A DNA stretch of 64,000 nt. Source: Mobula hypostoma (lineage: Eukaryota). Positions 38,141 to 50,290 of the stretch are shown piece after piece. How positions within the stretch are numbered: the first letter of the stretch is position 1; each line of letters begins with the position of its first letter. A model generated the notes under the pieces. The model was given only the letters and a program-made list of their open reading frames with translations. It had not been told where the DNA came from and made no database searches. The stretch is from the NCBI RefSeq assembly GCF_963921235.1, contig NC_086108.1, positions 54,500,001 to 54,564,000 on the forward strand, given 5' to 3'. The position numbers and the translations under genes were made by a program.

Positions 38141-41100
38141 TATTTGAACCATGACCTTTCTCAGGATGGTACAGCCTAGTGAATGGTGACCGTCAGTGAG
38201 GATGCGTATCATTACTCATTTATATGTGAAAATCGTCAATAATTGGAGTAATATCAGAATGTACTGATGTAACCAAATTGGTAAGGGAATTAAAATATTA
38301 AATCTGGATGCAACAGGATGGATGACAGGTCTTATGCACTGTTTAAAAATGATAACCAGCAGATTTTGAAAGCAGTTGATGGTTAGAAAGAGTGTATCAG
38401 CAGGAACTAAAAGAGCAAAATGTTTATAGAGTGCTGTATTGCAATATTTTAATAAGCAACAACTTGCTATCAATCATTGCTATCACCCTTTGGGTAAAGT
38501 TAATCAAGTGTTTTATCTATAATTTTGTTACTTCAATAATTCTAAAGAACCACAAGGTGTCCTCAGTAAGATTTATAACTAGAAAACAAAAAAGCGGTTT
38601 AAATAATGTTATGTAATTTTGTAGGCATTTAAAAAAACATTAAAATTTGGCATCTCCATTGACATTGGAAATACCATGGAAAATAAAACCTACAAATTGC
38701 TAAAGCACGGATGTGTGCAAATTCATAGCATTCAGTTATGGTATTTATACAGATTTGTTTCTCAAGTTCCATGCTTTGAACCAACTGATTTAAAGACCAA
38801 ATGCAAACTTGGCTTTGCTGTAAACAGACTTGAACAAAATCTGGAATACAAATCAGCCAGATTGCTGGAAACATCTTCATAATTTATTTTTCTTTTTGCA
38901 CAAATCCTTGGCTCACTTACTTGGCAGTGGTGAGGATACACCACATTGTCAATATTCTTCTGATCTCTTGCAAAAACCCCATTTCATATCTCTAATAAGA
39001 ACAGCAGGTTCATTCCCAGCCTTTGCCCAATTATCATCCCCCAAAAAGATCATAAAAATAGATCATCTGACATTAGCACACTGCTTCTTTGGGAAAGCTT
39101 ACAGCCCAGAAGTTGTTACTGTGTTACCTACAAGTGATTACATTTCAGAAAGTTATTCAATTATAAACCTGCTTGGGAGAAAAATGCAAAGTAAATGCAA
39201 GTGTTTCTTTCAGAAGAATGGCATTTTTACCAGTCTCACAGAACTGGATATTTAAACAATGGCTTCGGGTCCAGAACTGGGGTGGGAAGAAAAAAACGAT
39301 CAGACAAGATTCTTTCTGCACTTGGCCATGGCTACCATCCTTGCTCCAGCAGCTGAAAACCTGACAAAGCTCTCAGCCACAGGTCAAAAGTGCTCACTTG
39401 GGACCCATGTCAGAAAGCATATGGTAATTCTACGTAGAGGATAGGGAGGAAAGAGGACTGGGCGGAAGAGGTGGGAAGAGTGCACTGCATGATCCAGACC
39501 CTGCACTCAGCATCATTCAATCTCCCAAATTCTGACCTCCACTCATCCCAGGGAGATCAGAGTCGTGAGAACTTCCAAATTATGATAAAACAAACAGACA
39601 AAAAAAAATCATTCTTGAGCAAATTCTCAATGGTATTTTTGTCTTTTCATCAACTATTGATTACAAATAGAGATCAGCTAAAAGCAAATTTATTGTATTA
39701 ATTGGATAACAATAACCCTTTTTGTTTAACATTTAGAGCTGAGGGAATCCTGCACCTACATCTCTGATAACACCATACTAAAAAGCACTCATTACGTTAA
39801 TACGGGTATACAGACTCAGGACTTTATGCCACTTTAATTTACTGCCAGGCACCCACTACCCACAGCATTACTGCTGTAGAACTCCGCACCTGAAGGCTCA
39901 GAATGCAAATAGATATGCAGCCACTTGAAAAGATTACATAAAATGTGCAATATAGGATCATTTGGACAAACTAAAGCTGATCTTTACTTCCAATTTGCTT
40001 GCCACATTGTAGCCTTTCAGTTATTTATTCCCCCCTCTCCCCACCTTTGGTGTGCACTTGTCTAGTTTTAAGAATCTAAGCCATTTTGCAGTGTGAGTTC
40101 TACATAACCATGCTTAATAAAAATCTCCCAATGGAACCACTGGAATCCATCTATGCCCCCTCTAGATTTGAATTCTCCAACCTATTCATGATACTTGCAC
40201 CAGTGAAAGGTTCAAATACTTACCAGTTTACATATGAAAGTGCTTTTCAGTCTTCATTTCAATTAGTTTTTCCATTTTTGTTCTGTTAAAATCCACAAAC
40301 AACTTCTTGACAGTGATAAAACTGTTATATTCTCAGCAAACCATTTTAATTTTATAACATGGCTTTCAAAAGGTTCATGTACACAGACTAACAACCAAAT
40401 GGAGTAGATAGAATACACTCCACAATAGTATAATGGGTAGGCTAGGAGAAAAAATCTCAAATTAGTAGAATTACAAGCAGCTTTCAAAGTGTGGACTTTT
40501 TTTGCTATTGATGATTCATTTGCAATTTATCATAAAAAGTCTATGTTGAAGTTTTGCCTATTTTTTTAGAAACTAAAAATACTGAGTTTTATTAAAGTCA
40601 TTAACTGAAAAACAATCCTAAACTGAACCAATAACGAAATTGAAAAGTGCAAGCACCAATTCTTAGCTGAATTGAAGAAGGGCAGAAGTGAAGGTGCAGG
40701 AAACCATCAAAGTTGAAAAGGATGTTATGGAAAGTAGATAAATATGAAAGCTGTAGTTCAGGTAAGGCTAAACTTTGATTCAGAGGCCTATAAAAGTGTA
40801 ATTTCACTTTATCACTTCCATATTTTGACAAGATCAGAGTATCACTAAATGAAGTTGCAAATCTTGACAGCATCCCTGCAACAACAAATCTTCTGCCTCA
40901 TTGTTATCATTGTTGAAAGACTGAACATAAACAAATGGGGGGGGCAAGAGAAAATATAAACTTTGTTACTTCAAACTATTGCTGGAGTTAGTATTAAACT
41001 GTAACAACTTATGTTAACACCTCGCTACAAAAATGATCATTTTCATTCATGGGCTTTCAAGCAAAAGCAGAGATAGAATCTAGGTTTAACAATATGAGAA

Positions 41101-41899
41101 AGTCCCTACACTTATTGATGCAGTACAACCCTTATGAAATAGAAGAGCATAGCAAAGATACAGAGAAACCACTGGTTAAGAATGTAACAAGAACTGATAT
41201 ATCACAAGAAATTAAAGCCATTCTGCATATTGTCCAGCACTCTTTGCTCCCCCTTCCTATCTGAAAGATGCACGCTCAGGATGACCTCCACTTCCATGGG
41301 TGCTGGCTAGTCTCTTGCACCTTGTTCAAGTGACCATGGGCAAACAGAACCAATGTATTGGTAGACATTTAATCATAGAAAGCATCACAAACAGGTCTGA
41401 TGTTTAAAACTGTACTACTTATTTGTTTGTTAAACTTGTAGCCCTTGACCTATTATCAAGGTTTTTAATTTTGTTAAAATAATGCACAGTGCCCGGCCTC
41501 CCATTCTCCCCTCATTTTAAACATCAGTTCCTTTGAAGTTCTGTTTCTGATTTACATTGGTCTAAAATCTGTGGATGAGAATTTAAAATGAGGAATGGAG
41601 GACCAGGAACTAATAAACATCCTTCTTTCACAGGCCAATAAATGCTACTGAATACCAATTCTAGAGAAGGAATCATGAATCACTTCAGTCCTATGACGCT
41701 AGGGGATCAGGGCCACATGATTTACAGCCAGCAACAAAGTAGGAATGAGGACACACTTTCAGGTTTAGGGACCAGGTCATCTTGTTCCTTTTGCTGGCTG
41801 CTCTTTTCTCTACAAGTGGATCAGGCATGTCGCAAACATTGCAGCATCCTTCCAATTTAAGCATTGTAAATGGTGAAAACACTTTTTATTTCACTAAAT

Positions 41900-42560
41900 A
41901 AAGCAAGCCACACATGCATGCAGCGGCGCCTAGACAATATTCAGGCATGGCCTAATAAATGGGAAGTAATCTGATACTCCGACTTGACAGTGCAGGGCAT
42001 TACTGTGGTGAGGCCTTCATCATTAACACCCTCAGAGACACCACAGACCAGAAACTAAACTACACCAGCCTCAAAAGTATTGTGGCTACAAGAGCAAGCC
42101 AGGAGCTACTGTAGGTAGGCTGCATCAACAAATCACCTCCTGACACCTTAAAGCCCTCCTGCCATATCCAAGGCATGAGTAAGTGACGTGATTGCAATAG
42201 TCCCCACTTGGATTTCTGCAGTGCCAACAATACTCAATTACCTCAACATCATCGACTCAAAGCCTCCTGCAACCTATCATTCTCAAACAGCGCTACCTCC
42301 ATCACTGTAGCATCCTAGATGCAAAACGTAGACTGCAGTTACTTGCTTATGCTACTTAGGACATCACCTCTCAAACTCACAACTACCACCACCAAGGAGG
42401 TTGAGGGCAGCAGGCACATAGGAACACCCAGACTTTCAAGCTCCCTCCAAGTCACATTTCCTTACTTGGAAATACACTGTCACCCCTTCAACAAAATGAC
42501 TGCGACAATTTAATGTGGTAATTCATCACCACATTCTTGATGGCAATTATGAATAAGCAA
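41900..42560 (+). mobile_element. old LINE (CR1/L2-like) 3' remnant; related fragment on the minus strand at ~33420-33800
   Basis: Degenerate LDNIQAWPNKWEV and DQKLN-type RT C-terminal motifs. Confidence 0.45.
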
Positions 42561-44232
42561 TATATGAATGTTTTTTTGGGCAATGACCTGATTCTTAGAA
42601 TATCTAAATGTTCTATCTTTGTTATATAAATGTTTGGTGTGTTGCTAATTACAAAAAAATACAAGTATATGTATTTTGAATAAGAATTGCTGAGGTCAGT
42701 TACAGTTTGTTCAAATATTACTGATTAAAGTTGAACAAGTGTCTGTACCATATTGACCTATTACTGGTCCCATCACATTTTCTGATTCATCATCAAGACC
42801 CACTTACCTCACCCCTGGCTCAGTTTAGCTATTACAGAAACCTTCATCTAGCATGCGAGCTAACATTGATATTCAGAGTTCTAAAACTTTCCACTCCTTC
42901 TCTGTAAACATGTTTCTTAAAACTCTTATCTGTCCCACTATCCTTTCTGTGGTTTGGTGTCAATTTGTGTTTGACAATGCCAGCCATGTGTAAAAGGGAG
43001 AGGAAGGCAGAGCACAAATCTATGCCCAACATTTGTTATTGGATTATTAATGATCACCAAACTAGATATTTAACTAGACAGGCAAAATAAGCTCGGGGCA
43101 ACAAAAGGAGGTTTTGCTGCTTCGCTACAGTGAATATCTTGTCGATTCTTCAAAGATTTTCCACCATCAAATCAGGACCGCAGCGTCAGAAGAGCTTCTG
43201 AAGGTGCTAGAAATCTTGAATGACACAAAAAATGCTAGAGAAACTCAGCAGGCCAGGTAGCATCCACACGAATCCTGATCAAAAATCTCAGCCTGAAACA
43301 ATCAACTGCTGAACTCCACCCCCGCCCCCCCCCCCCCACAGATACTGCCTGACCTGCTGAGTCCCTGCACGTATTGGTTAGGACTGCAGTGGAGCACTTC
43401 ACTTGTCTGGTCAAATCCAACACTGAAAAGGGAAAACACTATTGAAGATTAAGCTGCCTACTTCACTGACATTGTAAGTTAGACTTAAAATTCTTCTTCT
43501 GCACCACTGGCACACCATCTGTTAAATCGGCAACACCTTCCAAACCTGGGACAAGTATCATCCAAAGAATGCCACCGCATCAGACATCAGCCTGACATGG
43601 AACTAGGAGTGCCACTTTTTATTCAAAACAGGATCAAACTTCTGCCCAGCAGAGTGTTTATTTAAAGCAGAATGGCTTATTATCCTTACAACAGCTTCAG
43701 GTTTATTTCCATTTAAAAATTCAGCATGCACCTGTTTTGTCACCGGGCAAAAAAAATTGCACAGTACAAGAATTTTGAGTGCATTGGTCATTACGAATTA
43801 GAAGGGCCATTGGTAATAGTGCCCTCAACATCTGAATGTGCTGGTGAAGAGCCGTACAATGCAGAGTTATTATCAAGTACTGGAATTAAATGGGATTAAT
43901 TTAACGATCACTTCCAAATAGCATGGATAAGGTTGGCCATATGGTTTTCTTGTATGCTTTGTAATTCCTTGTGAGCTTTATAATTCTATACAGGGAACAC
44001 ATGGTTCACAGTGGCTCAAAGCTGTGGTAACCCACATTCTTGATACCAATTCTGAATGACTAGTAAACAGAGGTCTTGCCAGCACCTCCTCAATTCTGAA
44101 CAAGTAATATAAAGTTAACATTCATAAATTAAATTCAAAACACCAAAAAGTTCTTCCATTTAATTTTGGTGTTGATGATACAAGTGTCTCAAAGGGGGTT
44201 ACTCTTCACTTACAGTCAGTCGCATTGCCTAC

Positions 44233-44404
44233 CTTGTTTAAGAGGGTGAAGAGGAGGAGCTGATTTTCCCAGAGATCTAGGAATTAGGAATTCGCTGCTC
44301 CGCCCTTCCTCTCCATGCACGACCCTCGATGTAAACAAGTTAGATTTGGACGTTGTTTCCAATCTTACGAGCCAGCAGAAATCTTCAAAAATAAACATAC
44401 AAAT
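44233..44404 (-). ncRNA. candidate internal exon of the miR-101 host transcript
   Basis: Acceptor ttttaatttatcttttccag| and donor AAG|gtaggc on the minus strand; an alternative donor gtaagt would end the exon at 44214. CpG-containing and repeat-free. Confidence 0.55.
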
Positions 44405-44699
44405 CTGGAAAAGATAAATTAAAAACTCTCCAACCACAGGAAACCGAAGAAAACAGTACAGTTTTCCGAATATAATCAAATCGCGCTTACAAATAAAAGC
44501 CATAGGAAATTCAGAAGGAACTCACATTTTGAATTAACTGTAATTCCATCAGTTTAAAAAAAATACACGCTTAAACTTTGAGCTTTTTTTTGTCAATTTT
44601 AAGCCCCGGCTAGCAACAATAATAACCTGTATTATAATACACGGTATTTTAATTCTACACATACAGGCATATCTGTTAAATAAAAAAAAATTGTAAACA

Positions 44700-45060
44700 T
44701 ATCCAGCCAACGCAGCCACAATTGCAGTAGGAGACTTGCTCAGCCACAGAGCGCCCCCGAGACCCCAGCAAGCTCGCCTCGTCCTTAGTGCCCCGTCTGG
44801 AGCTCGACCGTTCCCACATCGCTGACGCTACTTGCTCAGTTCCCCCTCACACTCTCTCCCCGTTTTCCCTCCTTCTCCTCGTTCTCCTCTCTTTGTTTAC
44901 ATGCATATTATTTTATGACGCAGCAAATACACTCTCGCAATGTGACTGCCGCCATTTTTGTGTTTTTATTAAATCTCATAGCCATGTGATATATAAAAAA
45001 CTTCCGGGTCCCACTTCGACTCCCCGGAGTGCGAAATAAAGTAGAATGCAATCTTTTAAA
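44700..45060 (-). promoter_or_regulatory. CpG-rich promoter and probable first exon of the miR-101 host transcript
   Basis: Local CpG enrichment. YY1 motif GCCGCCATTTT (44948-44958), ETS ACTTCCGG (45000-45007), CRE half-site TGACG (~44916), forkhead TGTTTAC (44894-44900). Lies ~12 kb upstream of mir-101 on its strand. Confidence 0.7.
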
Positions 45061-46275
45061 AATTTGCCTGCTTGTAAGATTTTTTTTTGCTGTTTGGAAT
45101 AAATAATTTGTTTTGTGACTTGTTTTTTTTTTGCTTCCAGTTAGTTGGCACCCCAAACTGCTAGCTTTCACTTTGCACAAATAATATATTTGCTCACTGG
45201 AAGGGAAGAGTCTCGATGATGTGTGCAATTTGATACCTCGCTTCATGGTAAAGGACAAGGGTTAAATCGGTCTGTATTCCCTTAGGAGCTGAGCCCACCT
45301 CAGATTTGCAATTTAATCACTTAAGCATTTCTCCTAAATGTGGTTCGTCAAATGGAAAGACAATTGACAAAAAGCTATATTTGAGGCTATTGGAAACATA
45401 ACATAATGCTAAACGGTCCCAAAATGGTTATATTCATAACACTAATTGAACTTGAAGTTGTTAAATTACGATTAAATTTTGTGTTCTGAAAAATTGTCTT
45501 TTAATCGATTCTGTGTGAATGGCATCAAACCAACGGAATGTGCTAGTGTCACAATAATAGGGTCATCTGCTTCAGAACATGACATATTAACCAGAAGATC
45601 AGAGCAAACTTGACTGATGCCTAGACTGATTAGGTGAGCTCCCATTTGAGTAAGGTACTGCAGTGTAGTTATTGTCTTTCTTTTCCCAATATTTTTATTG
45701 ATTTCTACATAGAAGAATACAGAGTTCAAGAGAATACATATTAAAAAACAAAAGAAAAAATATAATAATACCAGGTACAGTATATTGAATCACATTAACA
45801 AACTCCTTACTCTATATGCATATAGATCAGAATTAATTCGTAAATTAGAATATAAACAATTTTATTAAAAATGATCTACACCCACTACCAAAGTCAAAGC
45901 TGAAAGACATTGTCTTAAAATTCTACATTGGAGAATAATCCTATTCTTTTTTGGAGTTTCAAAAAATGGGCAAAAAAGAGAAAAGGGTTGAAGCCATGAG
46001 TAAATACACCAGAGTTATGTAAAACTAGCAATTCCAAAATACTTTGGAGGATTTTTTTCCCCACTCTTGCTGTATTAATCCTTTATTCCAAAGGCATGGA
46101 ATACTAATTGCATACTTGAGAACTTTCCAAACTGCTGTTCTTTAAGTAGCGCATAAGTCACACATTTGATTAAATGAGAACAACAGGAATTCTGCAGACG
46201 CTGGAAATTCAAGCAACACACATAGAAGTTGCTGGTGAACGCAGCAGGCCAGGCAGCATCTCTAGGAAGAGGTGC

Positions 46276-46311
46276 AGTCGACGTTTCAGGCCGAGACCCT
46301 TCGTCAGGACT
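46276..46311 (-). ncRNA. minimal type I hammerhead ribozyme motif, intact core
   Basis: Minus strand: agtc-CTGACGA-agggtctcggcct-GAAA-cg-TC-gact. Confidence 0.8.
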
Positions 46312-46589
46312 AACTGAAGGAAGAGTGAGTAAGGGATTTGAAAGTTGGAGGGGGAGGGGGAGATCCAAAATGATAGGAGAAGACAGGAGGGGGAGGGATG
46401 GAGCCAAGAGCTGGACAGGTGATAGGCAAAAGGGATACGAGAGGATCATGGGACAGGAGGTCCGGGAAGAAAGACAAGGGGGGGGGAACCCAGAGGATGG
46501 GCAAGGGGTATATTCAGAGGGACAGAGGGAGAAAAAGGAGAGTGAGAGAAAGAATGTGTGTATAAAAATAAGTAACAGATGGGGGCAAG

Positions 46590-46617
46590 GCTGCCTTCCA
46601 AGCAGTTGACCTGGGTT
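46590..46617 (+). pseudogene. 28-nt tRNA-Gly(TCC) fragment (anticodon arm to T arm)
   Basis: GCTGCCTTCCAAGCAGTTGACCTGGGTT versus vertebrate tRNA-Gly-TCC GCTGCCTTCCAAGCAGTTGACCCGGGTT as I recall it; one C>T at a CpG. Confidence 0.85.
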
Positions 46618-46986
46618 AATGCCCCACCTCCCCCTTGTATGGGTAGCCTCCAACCTGATGGCATGAACATCGACTTCTCTAACTTCCGCTAATGCCCCAA
46701 CTCCTCCTCGTACCCCATCTGTTACTTATTTTTATACACACATTCTTTCTCTCACTCTCCTTTTTCTCCCTCTGTCCCTCTGAATGTACCCCTTGCCCAT
46801 CCTCTGGGTCGTTCCCCCCCCCGTCTTTCTTCCTGGACCTCCTGTCCCATGATCCTCTCGTATCCCTTTTGCCTATCACCTGTCCAGCTCTTGGCTCCAT
46901 CCCTCCCCCTCCTGTCTTCTCCTATCATTTTGGATCTCCCCCTCCCCCTCCAACTTTCAAATCCCTTACTCACTCTTCCTTCAGTT

Positions 46987-47022
46987 AGTCCTGACGAAGG
47001 GTCTCGGCCTGAAACGTCGACT
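46987..47022 (+). ncRNA. minimal type I hammerhead ribozyme motif, intact core
   Basis: agtc-CTGACGA-agggtctcggcct-GAAA-cg-TC-gact; stem I agtc/gact, GUC cleavage triplet. Confidence 0.8.
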
Positions 47023-48962
47023 GCACCTCTTCCTAGAGATGCTGCCTGGCCTGCTGCGTTCACCAGCAACTTTCATGTTTGATTAAATGAGATTCTCTTA
47101 AATCTACATTGATGCTGGAATGTCTATTATGAGTTAGTCTTGTATCTGTAATATTTGAACTCAGAAATTAAAGTACTTGTTATTTAATATTTCAGTAACA
47201 TCTGAGTAATATTCTAAATATATTGTTTGAACAAGCATTCTTTGTTTACATAATTCATTACAGGTTATATGTAATATGTGAATGGCATACATTATTACAC
47301 CACCACATGATATGTGAATGCTTCAGTAGAGTAAAACAAAGTAGACACATTTTCCCAGGCTCCAATGTTTTTCTTTCAATTAATTTCTGAAACTACAAAA
47401 CATAACAATGGTGATGAGTAGGTTTTTAAATGAACCTGAGATGGCTACCTACTTGTTGAAGGGAATGCTTGAGCTAAAAAATGTACAACATATTTTTCTT
47501 TGGAAAAGAGAGAGAGAAATTCAAATTTTTAAAAAGTGCAGCACATATTCCTTCACAAGGGGAGAGAGACATTAGAGTTTTAAAAAAAGCAGGAAATGGA
47601 CAAAATTCATGGGTTTGCTTAGAAGGTTAATGATTCCAACCAAACCAGCTGAAATGAGTTTTGCTGATATTGTGAATGTAATATAGGAACATTTAGAACC
47701 AAAACCATTGTAGACTACAGAATGGTTTAGGTTATATAAGTGAAATCAGAAGAAAGAGGTGTCCATTTGTGGCTGAACTGAAGAGATTGTCAGGGATTTG
47801 TCAGTTCAATGTTGGGCTTCAAGATGCACTGAGAGATGGTTTAGTTCGTGGACTCTTACAAGAAAGCATTCAAAAATGACTCCTAACTAAAGTACAACTT
47901 GCATTTAAAAGGGCAGTTTAAATAACTGCATTAATGGAAACAGCAGACAGAGATGCAATTGAGTTGCATTCAGGAATGAAAGTGAATGTTAACAAAATTG
48001 CAATGTCTAAACAGAAACTCGCCTGGCCAAACAAGTTGTGTTACCGTTGTGGCAGGGGCTCACATTCACCAGACCAATGCAGGCTTAAAGGAAAAACTTG
48101 CAGAAAATGTAACAATGTAGGTCAAATACAAAGGGCATGTTGGGCAGACAAAATTAAGTGGACTGTACAGGGAAGAGAAAGAGATAAAAAGTTAAATTTC
48201 AGATTCAAAAAGAGCACTGGTCTGCATATAATGATGAGAATGACACAGGACTTGGTAGCTTTGAGATTTACAATGTGAAAGCTGACAAAAGACAAGCAAT
48301 GCGGCTTACACCAGAAGTGAATGGCAAATTAATTAAAATAGAATTGGACACTGGCTCAGCTGGTTCAGACATTCCACAAAATGAGTTTGAATGGCATTTC
48401 AAAGGTACTGGACTGAAGTCTGCAGATATCCAACTAAGTATTTATACTGGAGAAATAGAGAACTCCTGTGGGAATGACACTCGTAACAGGGAAATACAAC
48501 AACCAATAAGCCACGTTGGCTTATATGTTGTAAAAACAGAAAGCAGGCATTGTGGGGCCATAACTGGCTGAGACAACCACAATTTCATTTGCGACCCGTC
48601 CACTATTTGCATGCCACATCCCTGCAATGGAGTCAACTGAAAGCAAATTAAGAGAGGTACTGAATGGTGCCACAGCAGTGTTCAAGGATGGAATTGGAAA
48701 ACTGAAACATATCAAGGATGGATAAAATAGTGTTAAATGAAAATGCCAGGTTTACAAAGGCAGTCTGGTTCCTTATACAATCCATGATAAAGTAGCCAGT
48801 GAGCGAGATCACATGGAGGCTGGAGGAAGTTTTGAGTGGAGTTCATGGGCAACTCCAGTGGTCCCAGTAGCCAAGAAGAATGTGTCTGTCAGGATCTGTG
48901 GTCATTTTCAGGTTACCATCAGCCCAGTACTGAAAGCAGGTCAACACCCTCTCCCCAGGATA

Positions 48963-50290
48963 AGTCAAAGTCAAAGTAAAATTTATTATCAGTGTACATA
49001 CGTATCACCACGTACAACCCTGAGATTCTTTTTCTGTGGGCATACTTAGCAAATCTATAGAGCAGTAACTGTAAACTGTAAACATCAGGAACTGTTAACT
49101 GTAAACAAACAGTGCAAATGCAGATAATAAATAAATAGCAATAAAGAACAAGCATGAAACAAACAATATAATAGTCCTTAAATGAGTGTAGCTATCCCAT
49201 TTTTATCAAGAGCCTGGTGACTGAGGGGCCATAAATGTTCTTGAACCTAGTGGTGCGAGTCTTGAGATACCTGTACCTTCTACCTGATGGCAGCAGTGAG
49301 AAATGAGCATGGCCTGGATGGTGAGGATCTTTGATGATGGATGCTGCTTTCCTATGGCAATGTTTCATGTAGATGTGCTCAATGGTTGGGAGTTTTTATC
49401 CGTGATGTACTGGGTTGAATCCACTACCTTTTGTAGGATTTTCCACTCTGAGGTGTTAGTGTTCCCATACCAGGCTGTGATACAGCCAGTCAGTACACTT
49501 TCCACCACACATCTATAAACATTTGCCAAGATTTTTGATGACATGCTGAACTTCACAGACTCCTGTGGAAGCAGAGCCATGGTTGTGCTTTCTTCACAAT
49601 AATATTTATATAGTGGGTCCAGGACATCCATTGACACTCAGAAATTTAAAGTTGCTGATCCTCTCCACCTCTGATCCTCTGATGATTACTGGCTCATGAA
49701 CCTCTGGTTTGCCTCTCCCAAAGACTACAATCAGTTCCATGGTCTTATTGACATTGAGTGAGAGGTTGTTGTTATTACACCTCTCAGCCAAGTTTTCAAT
49801 CTACTTCCTGCATGCTGATTTATCACTCTCTTTGATACAGCCCACAATGGTGGTGTCATTAGCAAACTTGTATTTGATGTTGGAACTGTACGTAGCCACA
49901 CAGTCACAGGTGTAAAGTGAGTAGAGCAGGGGGCTAAGTACATATCCCTGTGGTACTTCTGTGCTGATGGAGTTTGTGGAGGAGATGCGTTTGCCTATCC
50001 AAGCTGACTGGGGTCAACAAGTGAAGAAATCCAGGATCCAATTGCACAAGGGGGTATTAAGGCCTACGTCTTGGAGTTCACTGATTAGTTTTGAGGGGAT
50101 GATGGCATTAACTGCCAAGCTGTAATCAATAAAGAGCATCCTGATGTATGCATCTTTGCTGTCCAGATGTTCCAGGGTTGTGTGAAGAGCCAATGAGATA
50201 GTATCTGCTGTAGACCTGTTACTTCAATGGGTGAATTGGAGTGGATCCAAGTCAGCATTCAGACAGGAGCTGATATGCTTCAACACCAGC
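48963..50290 (-). mobile_element. Rex/Babar-type LINE inserted in the Gypsy RT
   Basis: NNLSLNVNKTMELIV, FKFL and YRCVVESVLTGCITAWYGN motifs; tail (ACTTTG)n after AATAAA-like signal. Gypsy RT resumes at ~50290. Confidence 0.85.

Larger units (their letters stand above)
46180..47077. mobile_element. young inverted PLE insertion (minus pLTR 46180-46584, mosaic junction, plus endonuclease tail and pLTR 46640-47077)
   Basis: The two arms are near-identical inverted copies and match 19605-20040. Perfect 15-bp TSD TTTGATTAAATGAGA (46165-46179 / 47078-47092). Confidence 0.95.

Noticed and set aside
46590..46617. Functional tRNA-Gly gene
   Set aside because: Lacks the acceptor stem, D arm/A box and the 3' half of the T arm.
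46075..47082. Several Pro/Ser/Leu-rich or Gly/Arg-rich ORFs of 60-190 aa (also at 19.6-20.0 kb and 12.0-12.5 kb)
   Set aside because: Low-complexity purine/pyrimidine-skewed pLTR sequence that lacks stop codons; not genes.
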